Below, one piece after another: positions 60,233-64,000 of a stretch of DNA of 64,000 nucleotides. The first letter of the stretch is position 1. The number at the start of each line of letters is the position of its first letter. Below the pieces are notes generated by a model, which worked only from the letters and a program-made list of their open reading frames with translations, searched no databases and had not been told where the DNA came from. Both the position numbers and the translations under genes were made by a program. The DNA lies in the NCBI GenBank assembly GCA_947477655.1, contig CANJTS010000008.1:53929-117928 (forward strand). The letters run 5' to 3'. Source of the DNA: Gammaproteobacteria bacterium (GTDB lineage Bacteria; Pseudomonadota; Gammaproteobacteria; Pseudomonadales; Pseudohongiellaceae).

Positions 60233-62299
60233 TTATTTCGCCAATAGTTCTGTTGTTAGATAAGTAGCAACATCATGTGCCTGTTCCGGAGTAAGTACCG
60301 AGCGGAAATTGGGCATGGCATTGCGACCGGTGCCGAGCATGTTCATGATGTCTTGCATGGTTAACAACTCGGTTAATTGCGCGCCACCCCCATGCCCCCC
60401 TTCACCCGTTTCACCGTGGCAATACACACAAGATTGTTGGTAAATAGTTAAACCAACAGCAACATCAGCCACCCGACCTTCCGGTATAGTAATTGCCGTA
60501 GCTGCACCACCTGCAGTCGGGGCTGCAGCAGGTACTTCGTTCAGAATTCCTTTGAGTGAAAACAGCCACACACCATCGCCTTTCTGGCCGCCAAATAAAC
60601 CGCCGCCGGCATAAGTAGTAATGTATTGTTCACCCTTATACATGAAGGTACTTACCGAAGAATTGATAGGTGCATCGGTACGAAATTCCCACACACGTTC
60701 ACCATTGGTGGCATCAAGGGCAATCAAGCGACCATCATTGCGCCCCATAAACACCAGTCCTCCTGCGGTAACCAAAGAGCCGCTACGACAGCCATCATTG
60801 AATTGTTTTTGCCAAACGACTTTATTTGTTTTCAGATCGAGCGCCGAATAAATACCACGTCTGATTAGTCCTGCTCCCACATAAGCACCACCCAAAAATT
60901 GGCCTTCGAAAGTGGGATCTTCATATTGGGAGGCATCGGCTCGCGCTGCATTGGCGGTATCGGTGGCACAGATATACATAGTCTGAGTGGTGGGATCGTA
61001 GGCGCTTGGTGGCCAGTTAACCCCTGCCAGCGGAGTGAAAACGACGGGTTTGTCAAAAAAGGGCGTAAATATCCGACCCTGATTTACCAGTTCATAATTT
61101 TCAGGTGCATAAGCCACATCAAGCGGTATCAGAGAATCTCCCACGGGGTAGGGCTGGGTTGCCGCAGTTGCCTGCCGTGGTTCTTGCAGCACAGCTTTTT
61201 CGTCAATGCCCAGCAGAGGTGCACCGGTTAGCCGGTCAAGAATATAAACCCAGCCAGTCTTGCCGGCCTGGGCCAGCCCTTTGCGCATTACGCCGTTGTA
61301 TTCGGCTTCAAACAGAATGATTGGGTTGGGCGCATCGTAGTCCCAGATATCGTGATGCACTTCTTGAAAATGCCAGCGGTATTCCCCCGTGTGTACATCA
61401 AGTGCAACGATGGAGGCAGTGAACAAGTTGTCGCCGGGACGAACAGCACCCCCTAAAACCGGACCCGCATTGCCAGTAGAAAAATAAATCAGACCTGCCT
61501 GTGCATCGATTGCTGGTGTATGCCAGATGGGCGCACCGCCAAACTGCCACACATCGTTGTCAGCGGGCCAAGTGTCATGGCCGAATTCGCCGGGGCCTGG
61601 AATAGTATAAAAAGTCCAAATTTCGCTACCGTCTTTGGCGTTGTAAGCTTTGATACGGCCACGTGTTCCCAAATCACCACCAGCGTAGCCGGTAATCACC
61701 ATGCCTTCGTAATAAAGCGGGGCAGCTGTCAGGCTGTAACCCACCTTGGGGTCACCGCCTTGAATCGACCAGACAATTTCGCCGGTCTTTTGATCAAGTG
61801 CAATTAATTTGGCATCTAGTTGTCCGACAAAAATTTTTCCATCACCAATGCCAAGACCACGACTTACCCAGCCACAACATACAAACGCATCATCGGGCAG
61901 CAAATTGGAATGGTAAGACCACAATATTTTTCCGCTTTCTACACTGATGGCAAAAACATCGTTTTGCCCAGTAATAATGTAGATCACGCCGTCGTAGACC
62001 AGCGGTTGCGCCTGGTTGTTATGCCGGAATTCCAAAGCAGAATTCAAGCCTGTGCGCCACACACCTTTTAAATTAGCGACATTGTCTTTATTGATTAGGG
62101 TCAGAGGGGAATAACGTTGATTGGACAGCGAGCCGCCGTTGGTGATCCAGCCATCGTCTTGTGGGTTGGACAATTGCTCAATGGAAAAGGCTGGCGCTGG
62201 TGTAATAGCTTCGGCAGCCAACGTGGCAGTGCAAAAAACAGACGAACACACAGCAACAAGAGTTAGTCGGAGTGCGTAATAATAAGTAAATGAAAACAT
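60233..62299 (-). CDS. Quinohaemoprotein (type II) PQQ-dependent alcohol dehydrogenase
   Basis: Start at MFSFTYYY.. with a signal peptide. Vicinal Cys-Cys (DAFVCCGW) typical of PQQ-ADHs, propeller W-motifs, and a C-terminal cytochrome c domain with CVYCH. Confidence 0.9.
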   Translation of the reverse strand: MFSFTYYYALRLTLVAVCSSVFCTATLAAEAITPAPAFSIEQLSNPQDDGWITNGGSLSNQRYSPLTLINKDNVANLKGVWRTGLNSALEFRHNNQAQPLVYDGVIYIITGQNDVFAISVESGKILWSYHSNLLPDDAFVCCGWVSRGLGIGDGKIFVGQLDAKLIALDQKTGEIVWSIQGGDPKVGYSLTAAPLYYEGMVITGYAGGDLGTRGRIKAYNAKDGSEIWTFYTIPGPGEFGHDTWPADNDVWQFGGAPIWHTPAIDAQAGLIYFSTGNAGPVLGGAVRPGDNLFTASIVALDVHTGEYRWHFQEVHHDIWDYDAPNPIILFEAEYNGVMRKGLAQAGKTGWVYILDRLTGAPLLGIDEKAVLQEPRQATAATQPYPVGDSLIPLDVAYAPENYELVNQGRIFTPFFDKPVVFTPLAGVNWPPSAYDPTTQTMYICATDTANAARADASQYEDPTFEGQFLGGAYVGAGLIRRGIYSALDLKTNKVVWQKQFNDGCRSGSLVTAGGLVFMGRNDGRLIALDATNGERVWEFRTDAPINSSVSTFMYKGEQYITTYAGGGLFGGQKGDGVWLFSLKGILNEVPAAAPTAGGAATAITIPEGRVADVAVGLTIYQQSCVYCHGETGEGGHGGGAQLTELLTMQDIMNMLGTGRNAMPNFRSVLTPEQAHDVATYLTTELLAK

Positions 62300-62577
62300 G
62301 GGTGTTTCCTTTAAGAACATAAAGACAGATACAAGGCGGTTACGGGGCATCGTGATTATAGCCAAATAATTAGGCAGAACACGCAGTCTTGTTATGAATT
62401 CCACGGACTATTTAACAATGGATTTGCACATAATTAGTTAGACAATAATGGTTACACAGACCCTTTTTACAGAACAAATATTTCAATCTATTTGTGGGGT
62501 TATTCGCGATAATTTTGACAAACATCTTGTGTTAATCTCACCATATTGAGTATTAACGCTTCGATCAGGAAAGCTTC

Positions 62578-63954
62578 ATGTATCAACTTATCAAAGACTT
62601 AAATTCGGTGCTTTCATCACCCGTGTTAACTGGCGCTGATATCAGTACTCGATATCAGCATGATTGGTCGGCCGAAGAACCGGGGATACCAGTCGCAGTC
62701 GCACGACCGGTGTCGACCGCAGAGGTTTCTGCCATTCTCAAAATATGTAGCGAGTTAGGACAGAGTGTCGTTGTGCAAGGTGGGCTAAGCGGCTTGTGTG
62801 GTGGTGGTAATCCACGTACACAGGAGTTGGCCATTTCGTTGGAGCGGCTAGTGGGCATTGAAGAAATCGATAGCGGTGCGATGACTATGACAGTTAAAGC
62901 AGGTACACCTTTGCAAGTGATTCAGGAAGCAGCAGCAGCGGCAGGTTTCGTGTTTCCACTCGATCTTGGTGCGCGTGGCACTTGTCTTATCGGTGGCAAT
63001 ATTGCCACCAATGCCGGCGGCAATCAGGTATTACGTTTTGGTATGACCCGTAACTTGGTGCTGGGTTTGGAAACCGTGTTGGCCGATGGCACGGTAATTT
63101 CTTCTATGAATAAGATGCTCAAAAATAATGCTGCATACGACCTGAAACATTTGTTTATTGGTTCAGAAGGCACATTGGGTGTGATCACACGTGCGGTATT
63201 GCGTTTGTTTCCCAAAGCTAAAAGTCGCTGCAGTGCTTTGTTAGCGCTTGCTGATTTCGAATCGGTGATCAAACTAATGCACATACTGTCGCGTGATTTT
63301 GGCGGCGGTATGAGCACCTTTGAAGTGATGTGGCACAGTTATTACCACTTTATTACCGACAATGTGCCCAATATAACTTCACCGTTTGCCGTACGACATG
63401 CACTGTATGTATTAACTGAACTGGAAGGCGCCGACTCTGAACGTGATCAGGTTGTGTTTGAAAGTGCGCTAACTGCTGCTATCGAATCGGGACTGGTAGT
63501 GGATGCTGTGCTGGCTTCTTCAGAGCGAGAGAGGGACGGTTTCTGGAAACTTCGTGATGGTGTTGCCGAAATTGGCGCCTTGATTAAAAGTGGCGCCAAT
63601 TTCGATGTCAGTGTGCCTATTTCACTGATGCAGCCATTTTTACAAGCAATTGAGAATGAACTGACGCGAGTAATACCTGCTTGCAAGTTGTTGGTGTTTG
63701 GCCATATTGCCGACTCCAACCTGCATTTTATCTGTTACACCGGCGATAAGGCGGATGTTAAAACCATCTACGATATCGTGTATCGCAACGTGGGTGAGTT
63801 TCAAGGATCGGTTTCGGCAGAACACGGTATAGGTGTGCAGAAACTCAGCTATCTGCCTTACTCACGCTCGCCGGAAGAAATTGCATTAATGCGCACTTTA
63901 AAACTGGCTTTGGATCCGCAAGGAATTCTAAACCGGGGGCGCGTTATTCCTTGA
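62578..63954 (+). CDS. FAD-linked oxidase (GlcD / D-2-hydroxyacid dehydrogenase-like)
   Basis: FAD_binding_4-type region (..VVVQGGLSGLCGG.., GGNIATNAGG) and C-terminal ..SAEHGIG..K motif. Confidence 0.85.
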   Translation: MYQLIKDLNSVLSSPVLTGADISTRYQHDWSAEEPGIPVAVARPVSTAEVSAILKICSELGQSVVVQGGLSGLCGGGNPRTQELAISLERLVGIEEIDSGAMTMTVKAGTPLQVIQEAAAAAGFVFPLDLGARGTCLIGGNIATNAGGNQVLRFGMTRNLVLGLETVLADGTVISSMNKMLKNNAAYDLKHLFIGSEGTLGVITRAVLRLFPKAKSRCSALLALADFESVIKLMHILSRDFGGGMSTFEVMWHSYYHFITDNVPNITSPFAVRHALYVLTELEGADSERDQVVFESALTAAIESGLVVDAVLASSERERDGFWKLRDGVAEIGALIKSGANFDVSVPISLMQPFLQAIENELTRVIPACKLLVFGHIADSNLHFICYTGDKADVKTIYDIVYRNVGEFQGSVSAEHGIGVQKLSYLPYSRSPEEIALMRTLKLALDPQGILNRGRVIP

Positions 63955-64000
63955 CTGGATTTCTACCAGGGCAACAGCACTGCATTGTTGACAAGGATGT

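Overview
64-kb chromosomal window that looks gammaproteobacterial, possibly a marine Cellvibrionales-like lineage (inference from gene content and synteny only). All family names come from reading the translations and from memory; no search or HMM was run. Where stated, start codons were refined by hand from the ORF track. The housekeeping backbone is xseA, guaB-guaA, tadA, purL, ogt, argC and cysK. I found no rRNA, tRNA, CRISPR array, prophage or recognisable defence system. Accessory blocks sit between the backbone genes: (1) a translationally coupled six-gene lipid-modification cluster at 5.9-11.2 kb (FAD oxidoreductase, DUF1365, CFA-synthase-like methyltransferase, DUF3833 lipoprotein, SDR, NTF2-like); (2) an autotransporter with a phytase-like passenger; (3) a locus with a Tat-signal class II aldolase, a secreted His-His-N-terminus protein, TctBAC and an amidohydrolase broken by one in-frame TAG; (4) a four-gene, all-exported operon at 35.0-41.6 kb (Tat MBL-fold protein, 854-aa protein with two CXXCH motifs of the DUF1592/DUF1585 type, Tat DUF1552 protein, periplasmic ankyrin protein); (5) two adjacent secreted proteins built from three copies of one SnoaL/NTF2-like module; (6) a GC-richer TonB-dependent receptor followed by two paralogues of the protein in block 3, next to a quinohaemoprotein alcohol dehydrogenase. 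My best candidates for an undescribed system are block 4 and the three-member paralogue family of blocks 3 and 6. Two members of that family are predicted to mature to an N-terminal His-His, and all three share a conserved Cys pair. Smaller observations include a hairpin-forming interspersed repeat with two copies, several in-frame and intergenic tandem repeats, a decayed IS3-like orfA fragment, and two plausible ORFs below the 60-aa cutoff.
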